The notes beneath the pieces were generated by a model, which was not told the DNA's origin, made no database searches, and was given only the letters and a program-made list of their open reading frames with translations. The position numbers and the translations under genes are program-made. This document shows positions 37,847 through 47,027 of a stretch of 64,000 nt of DNA, piece after piece. Within the stretch, counting starts at the first letter, position 1, and the number at the start of each line of letters is the position of its first letter. The DNA is from an uncultured Ignavibacteriales bacterium (GTDB lineage Bacteria > Bacteroidota > Ignavibacteria > Ignavibacteriales > Melioribacteraceae), in contig CAMZLW010000079.1 of assembly GCA_947311785.1 (NCBI GenBank), forward strand, positions 4,016 to 68,015, given 5' to 3'.

Positions 37847-39853
37847 ATGGATTACACAACAATTGAAGCAAAAGCAATAAACACGATTCGCCTATTATCT
37901 GCTGAGGCAATTCAGAAAGCAAATACTGGGCATCCAGGATTGCCAATGGGAATGGCACCTGTGGCATATTTGCTATTTAAAAATATAATGAAGCACAATC
38001 CTAAAAATTCTAAATGGTTAAACAGAGATAGGTTTATTTTATCTGGCGGACACGGAAGTATGCTCCTTTATTCAGTCCTCCATCTTTCTGGTTATGATAT
38101 TTCTTTAGATGATTTGAAAAATTTTAGACAGTGGGAAAGTAAAACGCCAGGGCATCCAGAGTTTGGAAAAACTGATGGTGTAGAAACAACAACAGGGCCA
38201 CTAGGACAAGGGCTAGCTAATGCAATAGGAATGGCAGTTGCACAAAAACATCTTGCTGCAATGTTTAACAAAGATGATTACAAAATTCTTGACCATTTTA
38301 TATACGCAGAAGCTGGCGATGGCGATTTAATGGAAGGTCTATCGCACGAAGTTGCTTCCTATGCTGGGCATAACAAACTTGGCAACATGATACTTTTTTA
38401 TGACGATAACAGTATCACAATAGATGGCGATATTTCACTTTCTAGTTCGGATGATGTTACAAAAAGATTTGAATCGTACAACTGGCATGTGCAAACTGTT
38501 ACTGATGTTACAGATTTAGATGCCCTAAATAAAGCAGTTGAAAATGCACAGAGTGTTACTGATAAACCATCAATTATTATTACAAAAACTATAATTGGTC
38601 ATGGTAGTCCTAACAAGCAAGGCACAGCAGCAGCTCATGGTGCTCCGCTTGGCGATGACGAAATTATTTTAGTAAAAAGAAATTTTGGATTTCCAGAAGA
38701 TAAAAAGTTCTTTGTCCCAACTGAAGTTACTGAGCATTATGCCGAGCTAATTGAAAAGGGTGCTAAGTTAGAAAACGATTGGAATGAACTTTTTGCAAGT
38801 TACTCTGAAAAATATCCAGAAGATGCAAAGTTGTTTACTAAAGTAATGAATGGAGATATTGGCGAGGAATGGAAAGAACTAATTCCTCATTTTGATAATT
38901 ATGGCGAAGGAATGGCAACAAGAAATTCCTCACAAACAGCATTAAACGCTGTTGCCCCAGCATTACCAACGCTATTTGGTGGTTCTGCCGATTTAACACC
39001 TTCAAATAATACTGCAATAAAAGGGTGGGAAGATTTTACTCCAGAAAATCCAGCAGGCAAATATATCCGTTTTGGAATTAGAGAATTTGCAATGGCATCA
39101 ATGATGAATGGAATGGCAATTTATGGTGGGGTAATTCCTTTTGGCGGAACATTTATGGTGTTTTCAGATTACTTCCGAGCTACACTAAGAATAGCAGCAA
39201 TTTCGCATATTAAAATGATTTATGTTTTAACCCACGATAGCATTGGGGTTGGCGAAGATGGACCAACACATCAACCAGTTGAACACGCTGCTGCTTTGCG
39301 TTTAATTCCTGGAGTGGTTTTTCTACGCCCCGCAGATGCAAACGAAACTTTGCAAGCATGGAAATTTGCCATTGCTCACAAAGGTGGACCAGTAGCCATT
39401 GCATTAACAAGACAAAAATTAACAATTCTTGATAGAACAAAATTTGCATCGGAAGAAGGCTTACAAAAAGGTGCATACATTCTAAAAGATGTTGAAGGCA
39501 CTCCAGATTTAATAATTATGGCAAGTGGCTCAGAAGTTGAAATATCACTTAAAGCTGCTGAAGAGCTTGATTCTACTGGAGTTAAAACACGTGTGGTCTC
39601 TTTCCCAAGTTGGGAAGTATTTGAAATGCAATCTGATGAATATAAAAATTCAGTTCTTCCAAACGAAGTGCGAGCTCGTATTTCTGTTGAAGCTGGTTTA
39701 AGTTTTGGATGGAATAAATATGTAGGATTGGATGGAAGTACTATAAGCATCAACCATTACGGAGCTTCTGCACCTCAAGACATACTTTTCAAAGAGTATG
39801 GTTTTACTGTTGCTAACATTGTTAGTGAAGGGAAAAAACTTACTAGTAAATAG
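37847..39853 (+). CDS. tkt: Transketolase
   Basis: 668 aa. GHPG, the TPP motif GDGDLMEGLSHE...FYDDNSITIDG, and THDSIGVGEDGPTHQP. Confidence 0.96.
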   Translation: MDYTTIEAKAINTIRLLSAEAIQKANTGHPGLPMGMAPVAYLLFKNIMKHNPKNSKWLNRDRFILSGGHGSMLLYSVLHLSGYDISLDDLKNFRQWESKTPGHPEFGKTDGVETTTGPLGQGLANAIGMAVAQKHLAAMFNKDDYKILDHFIYAEAGDGDLMEGLSHEVASYAGHNKLGNMILFYDDNSITIDGDISLSSSDDVTKRFESYNWHVQTVTDVTDLDALNKAVENAQSVTDKPSIIITKTIIGHGSPNKQGTAAAHGAPLGDDEIILVKRNFGFPEDKKFFVPTEVTEHYAELIEKGAKLENDWNELFASYSEKYPEDAKLFTKVMNGDIGEEWKELIPHFDNYGEGMATRNSSQTALNAVAPALPTLFGGSADLTPSNNTAIKGWEDFTPENPAGKYIRFGIREFAMASMMNGMAIYGGVIPFGGTFMVFSDYFRATLRIAAISHIKMIYVLTHDSIGVGEDGPTHQPVEHAAALRLIPGVVFLRPADANETLQAWKFAIAHKGGPVAIALTRQKLTILDRTKFASEEGLQKGAYILKDVEGTPDLIIMASGSEVEISLKAAEELDSTGVKTRVVSFPSWEVFEMQSDEYKNSVLPNEVRARISVEAGLSFGWNKYVGLDGSTISINHYGASAPQDILFKEYGFTVANIVSEGKKLTSK

Positions 39854-39869
39854 ATTTAAATAATTGTAA

Positions 39870-39895
39870 AGATGTAGCGTGCTACATCTTTTTTA
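39870..39895 (+). terminator. Intrinsic terminator of tkt
   Basis: agatgtag (39870-39877) / ctacatct (39882-39889) with cgtg loop, followed by a T run. Confidence 0.8.
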
Positions 39896-39915
39896 AACTT
39901 TAGAAAGGATTTATT

Positions 39916-40140
39916 ATGAAAAATAGAAACTTGTATTCTGTAACCGTATCACTTTTGCTAGCTTTATCCACCGTTGTTTCTGCTCATGCTGGGCATGGAG
40001 TAGATAGCGATGGTAACAGTTTACATCACTACTTAACTGAACCATTACATTTGGGTATTGGTATTGCTGTGATTGGTATTGTGGCATTTATTATTTATAA
40101 GTTAAAGCAAAGTAAAACAAAAACAGTTAAAGAAAAATAA
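39916..40140 (+). CDS. Small secreted/membrane-anchored His-rich protein
   Basis: 74 aa. Signal peptide ...LSTVVSAHA, then GHGVDSDGNSLHHYLTEPLH, then a TM helix IGIAVIGIVAFIIY and a lysine-rich tail. AAAGGA RBS. Confidence 0.5.
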   Translation: MKNRNLYSVTVSLLLALSTVVSAHAGHGVDSDGNSLHHYLTEPLHLGIGIAVIGIVAFIIYKLKQSKTKTVKEK

Positions 40141-40195
40141 AGCAGGTAAACTGATATTCTATTCTCATCATGCACTATTGGGAAATGGTATCAAC

Positions 40196-40345
40196 TTTAG
40201 CAGAAACACACCCCTTAATCCCCTCTCAAGTGGGGAAATATCCATCCCGCAAAGCGGGATGGCACAAAAAGTCCTCTCTTGAGACGCTGAGGCTCTCAAA
40301 GTAGGAGAAGATGCTTTAGCATCAGGGGGGGTGTAAAAATATTGA
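40196..40345. other. GC-rich, hairpin-dense intergenic element (candidate structured RNA or miniature repeat element; strand unknown)
   Basis: 69 G+C of 140 nt by hand count for 40201-40340, against AT-rich flanks. 9-bp hairpin ccatcccgc-aaa-gcgggatgg (40242-40262). gatgc-ttta-gcatc (40310-40323). cccc/gggg (40220-40235). Long-range acacccc (40208-40214) / ggggtgt (40328-40334). Flanking direct repeats ccccttaatc (40211-40220) and ccccttaaatc (40356-40366). Confidence 0.35.
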
Positions 40346-40404
40346 TGAAGCAAAACCCCTTAAATCTGCATTATAGCAGTGTAAGATAGAAAATAATACT
40401 TGTT

Positions 40405-42165
40405 CTACTTTCTCTTTTTTCGTTTTGCTCGATAATTTCCTCTATTGTTTTTCCATTTTTTTTCACCCATAGAGAATTCTTTTTTAGCAACAGCAATATT
40501 TTTTTGCAAAGTTGTTTTTGCAATATCTTTTTCAACAAAAAGTTTCTTACCTGTAAAAGGGTCAATTTCAGTATAATACATTAGCGTTGAATATGTTGAA
40601 GGCGTTGGTGTAAATACTTGCACTTGCTCTGGAGATATTGATAGTTTTGATGAAGTAAATTCTTTTAATTTGTGCATATCGCTTTCGGTGCAACCTGGAT
40701 GTGCGGCAATCATGTAGTAAGTTAAAAATTGATTTTTACCAACCTCCTTTGAATACTGATAAAACTTATCTCGGAACTCTGTTAAATATCTTTTGCCAGG
40801 TTTTCCCATTAGCTCTAGAACTTTATCTTCCGAATGCTCGGGGGCAATTTTTAATTGCCCTGATGTATGGTGCTGCACAATCTCTTTTAGATATTCATTA
40901 CCATATTGTTTATCATCCAAAACCATATCGTATCTAATTCCAGAAGCAACAAATACTTTTTTTATTCCATCTAACTTGCGTATTTTTTTTAGCAAATCAA
41001 TTTGTGGCTTATGTGTAGGCTTTAATGTTTTACAAGTGGATGGAGCAACACATCGCTTGTCATCGCAACTACCTAACTTTAGTTTTTTAGCACATTCAAA
41101 TCCATACATATTTGCAGTTGGACCGCCAACATCCGAAATATTTCCTTTGAAATTTTTCATTTTGGCGTATTCTTTCGCTTCGTTGATTATAGATTTTTCA
41201 CTTCGCCCACTAATCGTTTGCCCTTGATGCACAGCAATGGCACAGAAATTACACTCGCCGTAACATCCGCGATGTGTATTTATTGAAAATCTAATTGTAT
41301 CTAATGCTCTAACACTACCATCTTTTCTGTAGTAAGGATGCGTTTCACGTTCGTATTTTAAGTCGTGATAATAATCCATTTCTTCTGTAGTTGGATTATA
41401 TTGTGGTGGGTTTTGGATCAAAAATCGTTCACCATGTTTTTGCACTAATCCTTTTGCAGAGAGTGGATCGTTATTCAGATAAAAAGTGTCAAACATTTCT
41501 ATAAATTTATATTTGTCTTTAACAGTTTCTTCAAAAGATGGAAGTTGAAGATATTTGTAATTGTTCTCGTTGGAAATATATGATAATCCACGAACCCCAA
41601 TGATACTCTTACCTTTTTGCAATTTAGTTGCAATTTCAATTGTAGTCTTTTCGCCCATTCCATAAACAAGGTAATCTGCTTTTGAATCAAAAAGTATTGA
41701 ACGGCGTAGTTTGTTACTCCAATAATCGTAGTGAGCAACACGTCTTAGGCTCGCTTCAATTCCACCAATAATTATTGGTTTTGTATTTTTGAAATTTCGG
41801 CGAATCAGATTTGTGTAGGTCATTACTGCCCTATCTGGACGTTTGTTGTTTTCACCACCAGGTGTATAGTCATCCTGTTTACGTCTCTTTTTTGATGCAG
41901 TATAATTGGAGACCATTGAGTCAACACTTCCGCCAGATACACCCCAAAATAATTCTGGCTCGCCAAGTCGAGTAATATCAAATGCCGAGTTAATATCTGG
42001 CTGTGCAATAATTCCAACGCGAAAACCTTTATCCACAAGTATATTGCCAAGAATCGCAATTCCCATGTATGGGCTATCCACATACGTATCGCCACTAATT
42101 AAAACAATATCAAGCTTGTTCCAGCCAAATTCTTTTAGATCTTTTTTTGTTGTGGGTAAAAACAT
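40405..42165 (-). CDS. ygiQ: YgiQ-family (UPF0313) radical SAM protein
   Basis: 586 aa. MFLPTTKKDLKEFGWNKLDIVLISGDTYVDSPY N-terminal domain and radical-SAM cluster motif CYGECNFCAI. Basic C-terminal tail. Confidence 0.88.
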   Translation of the reverse strand: MFLPTTKKDLKEFGWNKLDIVLISGDTYVDSPYMGIAILGNILVDKGFRVGIIAQPDINSAFDITRLGEPELFWGVSGGSVDSMVSNYTASKKRRKQDDYTPGGENNKRPDRAVMTYTNLIRRNFKNTKPIIIGGIEASLRRVAHYDYWSNKLRRSILFDSKADYLVYGMGEKTTIEIATKLQKGKSIIGVRGLSYISNENNYKYLQLPSFEETVKDKYKFIEMFDTFYLNNDPLSAKGLVQKHGERFLIQNPPQYNPTTEEMDYYHDLKYERETHPYYRKDGSVRALDTIRFSINTHRGCYGECNFCAIAVHQGQTISGRSEKSIINEAKEYAKMKNFKGNISDVGGPTANMYGFECAKKLKLGSCDDKRCVAPSTCKTLKPTHKPQIDLLKKIRKLDGIKKVFVASGIRYDMVLDDKQYGNEYLKEIVQHHTSGQLKIAPEHSEDKVLELMGKPGKRYLTEFRDKFYQYSKEVGKNQFLTYYMIAAHPGCTESDMHKLKEFTSSKLSISPEQVQVFTPTPSTYSTLMYYTEIDPFTGKKLFVEKDIAKTTLQKNIAVAKKEFSMGEKKWKNNRGNYRAKRKKRK

Positions 42166-42211
42166 TGTTTCCTAAAATTTGTTTTTCAAAAATAGGGAAA
42201 AATATATAGGC

Positions 42212-42796
42212 TTATTCACTTAATACCGTCATTAAGTGGAGGAAAAAACTTGACGAAATTTGTGGAATAGACTCAATTTGCTCTAATGGAATTCTTTTAC
42301 TCAATTTAATAAAAAAATTATTTTTGATTAATTCTTTGTGCTGTAAATCCAATTTTACATAGTTATCTTTTCCGTAATGGTATTCCCAAGGTGTTTTGCC
42401 TACGCATATATAGATATCTTGATGCAAGAGCATATCAAAATTGGATATTAATTTTGCTCTGTGTAACTCCAAATACTCTCCTTGTAAATGAAGTGTTGAA
42501 CTGAAAAAATTACCCCACCAAAACATAGTTCTATATGCAAACACATTTTCTTTTTCAAAAATTCTTGGAAGGTCTAATGTAACAAATGGAAGTTTTCTAT
42601 AATATTCACCTTTGAATACACGCCCATTGTATAATTCGGTTTCAGATATAAGATGAATGTTCTCTTTCTCTATTGCTTCAACTATTCTTTTTTTAGTATT
42701 TTCAAAAAGAATAACTATCTCAGAAATAATTTTAACTTTGGTAATTAAAAAGTCAGTCTCTTCAATCATTGCTAATTCTTTATTTGACAAACTCAT
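42212..42796 (-). CDS. Hypothetical protein (no recognisable family)
   Basis: 194-aa ORF, 12 nt downstream of the preceding ORF and 46 nt upstream of ygiQ on the same strand. Confidence 0.5.
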   Translation of the reverse strand: MSLSNKELAMIEETDFLITKVKIISEIVILFENTKKRIVEAIEKENIHLISETELYNGRVFKGEYYRKLPFVTLDLPRIFEKENVFAYRTMFWWGNFFSSTLHLQGEYLELHRAKLISNFDMLLHQDIYICVGKTPWEYHYGKDNYVKLDLQHKELIKNNFFIKLSKRIPLEQIESIPQISSSFFLHLMTVLSE

Positions 42797-42808
42797 TTTA
42801 GAACCTTT

Positions 42809-43459
42809 CTATTTAAAATATTTTTTTAAAATACTTTCAATTCTGTCAGCCATTGTTTCAAGCGTATCAGTTTCTTTAACCTCAGTGTTATCAAGCAAAT
42901 CTCCTATTTCATTAATTTTATCGCTCAAAAAATTAAATTTTTCTTGAAGTTTTATTGAATCGTTAGTCTCCCAATATTCGCCTTCATCCGTAACATTTAA
43001 GTTAAAAATATATTTTGACTTAATATATCTCAACAATTTAATTATCGTAATATGAACAGCAACGGGAGCAAACTGGGTTTTAACAAAATCGGAAGATACA
43101 TTTAATTGGTCATCATCTCTAAAAACTACAGATAATATATTTTGAATAGTTCCATCCTTATCAAAGTAAAAAGATAATGGCTCAACATCTTCGTGAATTT
43201 CTAGTGCTATCCCTCGCAGTGGAATATGCCCAACGATGGTTCCATTTTCAAAACGAGATGTATTTGGTTCATTAATATCATTATCTAAAAGATTATACTG
43301 CCACCCCATATCCTTTGCAATATCCTTAATTTCGTAGCGGAAATCTTCTAATTGATTAATACTATTTAGTTTACCACCATAATGAATTGTTATACCCATT
43401 TTCTTACCTTTATTTTTTATGCATTTAAAGATAATTCTTTTGGTTACAAATTTTGCCAT
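42809..43459 (-). CDS. Hypothetical protein (no recognisable family)
   Basis: 216-aa ORF. An alternative start at 43399 (MGITIHYGG, preceded by AAAGGTAAG) is plausible. Confidence 0.5.
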   Translation of the reverse strand: MAKFVTKRIIFKCIKNKGKKMGITIHYGGKLNSINQLEDFRYEIKDIAKDMGWQYNLLDNDINEPNTSRFENGTIVGHIPLRGIALEIHEDVEPLSFYFDKDGTIQNILSVVFRDDDQLNVSSDFVKTQFAPVAVHITIIKLLRYIKSKYIFNLNVTDEGEYWETNDSIKLQEKFNFLSDKINEIGDLLDNTEVKETDTLETMADRIESILKKYFK

Positions 43460-43589
43460 ATAATTTTTAATTATTCCTTCTTATTTTGGATAAACAAATT
43501 CAAAGTACATTTATGTTTAGCTTCCTTTATCTTTGAAATAGAAGGCACTTTTCAGTAACTTTGAAGTTGTTAAAATTTAGGAGAAGTTG

Positions 43590-46500
43590 ATGTTACAAAG
43601 TTTATTAAAGAAGATATTTGGCGATAGAAATGAAAAGGCATTAAAGGAATTATGGCCTGTTGTTGATGAAATTAAAAGTGAATATGAAAAAATAAAACTT
43701 TTAAGTGATGATGAGTTAAAAGCGAAAACAATAGAATTTAAAGAGAAGATAAAAGAGCATACTCTTGAGACCCAAACCCAGATTGATGAAATTAAATCTA
43801 ATTTGAAAGCTGATGATTATGACGGCGATAGATTAGGGCTTTATGACGAGTTAGACGAATTGAAAAAAAACTTGGATGAAGAATACGAAGATATTTTAGA
43901 TGAACTTTTACCAGAAGCATTTGCCGTTGTAAAGGAGACTTCCAAAAGATTAGTGGGCAAATCTTGGGATGCTGCTGGATATAGCATTACTTGGGAAATG
44001 GTGCCTTACGATGTTCAGCTACTTGGTGGCGTTGTGCTTCATCAAGGAAAAATTGCAGAGATGGCTACTGGTGAAGGTAAAACTCTTGTTGCAACAATGC
44101 CAATTTATCTTAATGCCCTTACTGGGCGTGGGGTTCACGTTGTTACAGTAAACGATTACCTTGCAAAACGTGATAGCGAATGGATGGGTGAAGTTTTTAA
44201 ATATCACAATTTAACTGTTGGATGTATTCTAAACACAATGGACCCTGAGCAACGTAAAGATATGTATGCACGAGATATTACATACGGAACAAACAACGAA
44301 TTTGGTTTCGATTATCTTAGAGATAACATGGCAACATCTGTAGAAAACAGAGTACAAAGAGTTCATAACTACGTAATTGTAGATGAGGTAGATTCTGTTT
44401 TAATTGATGAGGCTCGAACACCTTTAATTATTTCAGGAGCTGTTGGTTCTACAGACCAAAAGTTTGATGAGATGAATCCTAAAGTAGAACGCCTTTTAAG
44501 AAAACAAACCGCACTTGTTGCAGAACTTGTTAAAGAAGCAGAGGAGATGCTTTCTGCAAAAGATGGGAACAAAGATGAAGCTGGCAAAGCTCTTTTACGT
44601 GCTAGTCGTGGATTACCTAAAAACAAAAGATTAATAAAATTACTAAATGAGCCAGCATATCAAAAACTACTTAACTCAACCGAGTTAGAGTTTTTAAGAG
44701 ACAATGCAAAACAAATGCCTGAGATAGATGAATACCTTTATTTTGCAATTGATGAAAAGCAAAACTCAATTGACCTTACAGAGAAAGGGCGTGAAGAACT
44801 TGCTTCTGGTTCTACAGAAGGAAAAGAATATTTTGTATTGCCCGATTTAAGTGATGGGATTGGTAATATTGATAGCGATACTTCCCTTTCACTTGAGGAA
44901 AAGATGAAACGTAAAGACGCACTTTATCATCTTTACGGTGAACGCAGTGATAGGATTCACACATTAAACCAATTACTTAAAGCCTACACTCTTTTTGCTA
45001 AGGACGATCAATACGTAATTACTGAAGATGGTAAAATTGCAATTGTTGATGAATTTACTGGGCGTGTACTTCCTGGACGTAGATATTCTGATGGACTTCA
45101 TCAAGCAATTGAGGCTAAAGAAAGAGTAAAAGTTGAACGAGACTCACAAACCCTTGCTACTATTACGCTTCAAAATTATTTTAGACTTTATAAAAAAATT
45201 GCTGGAATGACTGGAACGGCTGAAACTGAAGAGGGTGAGTTCCACGAAATTTATAAACTTGAAGTTGTAGTTGTACCAACAAACAAACCAATTATACGTG
45301 CCGATGAAGAGGATGCAATTTATCGTACACGTAGAGAAAAGTATAATGCAGTAATCGAAAAAGTTAAAGAACTTCAAGCAGCTAAACGTCCTGTTCTTGT
45401 TGGAACTGTAAACGTTGAGGTATCTGAAACATTGAGTAGAATGCTGAAACGACAAGGTGTTCAGCACAATGTGCTTAATGCTAAAAAACATAAAAGTGAA
45501 GCAGAAATAGTTGGCTTTGCTGGTCAACCTGGTGCCGTAACAATTGCAACAAACATGGCTGGTAGAGGAACAGATATTAAACTTGGTGCAGGAGTTAAAG
45601 AGAAAGGTGGTCTCTATATTCTTGGAACTGGTCGCCATGAATCACGGCGTATAGATAGGCAGTTGCGTGGACGTTCTGGTCGCCAGGGTGATGCTGGAAC
45701 ATCCAAATTTTACATCTCACTTGAAGATGATTTAATGCGTTTATTTGGTGGCGATAGAGTTACTTCCATTATGAGCAAGCTAGGCATGGAGGATGGTGAA
45801 GCTATTGAACATTCCATGATTACAAAATCTGTTGAACGTGCACAGAAAAAAGTTGAAGAAAATAACTTTGCAATTCGTAAACGTCTTCTTGAATATGATG
45901 ATGTAATGAACCAACAGCGCGAAGTTATTTATAGCAAACGTAGCCAAGCACTTGAAGGAGAAAGATTAAAAGACCAAGTGTTTAGCGACCTTGACGAATA
46001 CGTTGATATATTATTGGACAAATACTACGAGAATGCATTAATAGAACAGCTTCGCGAAGATTTAATGCAGCACCTTTTGGTAGATGTGAAAATTGACCCC
46101 GCAACATATCAGGATATGGGGCGAGATGGTATTAAGAAACTTATTCTTGAGGAAGCACATAATTTCTATAATCACAAAGAAGAAATGCTAACTCCAGAAG
46201 TAATGGCTAGACTTGAGCGTTTTGCAGTGCTTCACGTTATTGATGAAAAATGGAAAGACCACTTACGTGAAATGGATGATTTGAAGGAAGGAATAGGATT
46301 GCGTGCATACGGACAAAAGGACCCCCTTCTTGAATATAAAGGTGAAGCATTCAAATTATTTATGACGCTGGTTGAAGAAATTAGAGACGAGATAGTTTCA
46401 TTCTGTTTCAAATTTTTTCCACAGCAACCAGATGAGATACAGCAAAGACGTATTCCAGTTCAGCGAATGAATATGGTAAAAGATAATGCTGGTAATATGG

Positions 46501-46646
46501 GCTTGCAAGGTGGTGGCGGAGATGACGAAGGTGCAAAACGTGGGAAACAACAACCAATTAAAGTTGAAGCAAGAATTGGACGTAATGACCCTTGCCACTG
46601 TGGAAGCGGTAAAAAGTATAAACATTGTCATGGTAAAAATGGTTAA
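43590..46646 (+). CDS. secA: Preprotein translocase ATPase SecA
   Basis: About 1018 aa from ATG 43590 (AGGAGAAG RBS). MATGEGKTLVA Walker A, DEVDSVLIDEARTPLIISG, C-terminal zinc motif CHCGSGKKYKHCHG. Confidence 0.97.
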   Translation: MLQSLLKKIFGDRNEKALKELWPVVDEIKSEYEKIKLLSDDELKAKTIEFKEKIKEHTLETQTQIDEIKSNLKADDYDGDRLGLYDELDELKKNLDEEYEDILDELLPEAFAVVKETSKRLVGKSWDAAGYSITWEMVPYDVQLLGGVVLHQGKIAEMATGEGKTLVATMPIYLNALTGRGVHVVTVNDYLAKRDSEWMGEVFKYHNLTVGCILNTMDPEQRKDMYARDITYGTNNEFGFDYLRDNMATSVENRVQRVHNYVIVDEVDSVLIDEARTPLIISGAVGSTDQKFDEMNPKVERLLRKQTALVAELVKEAEEMLSAKDGNKDEAGKALLRASRGLPKNKRLIKLLNEPAYQKLLNSTELEFLRDNAKQMPEIDEYLYFAIDEKQNSIDLTEKGREELASGSTEGKEYFVLPDLSDGIGNIDSDTSLSLEEKMKRKDALYHLYGERSDRIHTLNQLLKAYTLFAKDDQYVITEDGKIAIVDEFTGRVLPGRRYSDGLHQAIEAKERVKVERDSQTLATITLQNYFRLYKKIAGMTGTAETEEGEFHEIYKLEVVVVPTNKPIIRADEEDAIYRTRREKYNAVIEKVKELQAAKRPVLVGTVNVEVSETLSRMLKRQGVQHNVLNAKKHKSEAEIVGFAGQPGAVTIATNMAGRGTDIKLGAGVKEKGGLYILGTGRHESRRIDRQLRGRSGRQGDAGTSKFYISLEDDLMRLFGGDRVTSIMSKLGMEDGEAIEHSMITKSVERAQKKVEENNFAIRKRLLEYDDVMNQQREVIYSKRSQALEGERLKDQVFSDLDEYVDILLDKYYENALIEQLREDLMQHLLVDVKIDPATYQDMGRDGIKKLILEEAHNFYNHKEEMLTPEVMARLERFAVLHVIDEKWKDHLREMDDLKEGIGLRAYGQKDPLLEYKGEAFKLFMTLVEEIRDEIVSFCFKFFPQQPDEIQQRRIPVQRMNMVKDNAGNMGLQGGGGDDEGAKRGKQQPIKVEARIGRNDPCHCGSGKKYKHCHGKNG

Positions 46647-46654
46647 TGGAGTAG

Positions 46655-46996
<342 letters not shown>

Positions 46997-47027
46997 TAGT
47001 AATACTTTTTAAAACAATTTGAAGTAA

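Noticed and set aside
40300-40340. Possible hammerhead ribozyme, because the minus strand reads CCCCUGAUGCUAAAGCAUC (CUGAUG box)
   Set aside because: The rest of the hammerhead core (GAAA after stem II, and a UH cleavage site in a three-way junction) is not present.
40196-40345. SRP RNA, 6S RNA, tmRNA or RNase P RNA identity for the GC-rich element
   Set aside because: It lacks the SRP GGAAGCAGC-type helix-8 motif, the tmRNA GGGG...CCA ends, and the RNase P GAGGAAAGUCC box. It is also too short for RNase P or tmRNA. The identity is left open.
40168-40353. 61-aa minus-strand ORF from the ORF track (MLHQYFYTPPDAKASSP...)
   Set aside because: It lies wholly inside the GC-rich hairpin element, has no RBS, and its open frame is best explained by the local G+C richness. 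I treat the region as non-coding structure instead.
45144-45638. Long antisense ORFs inside well-supported genes: 164 aa opposite secA; also 40793-41227 opposite ygiQ, 52090-52554 opposite rlmN, 436-867 opposite purM, 26943-27299 opposite the SSS gene, 14697-15183 opposite carA
   Set aside because: Each is fully embedded in a gene with strong family motifs. They have low-complexity, Cys/Phe/Ser-rich translations and no RBS, and look like typical shadow ORFs.
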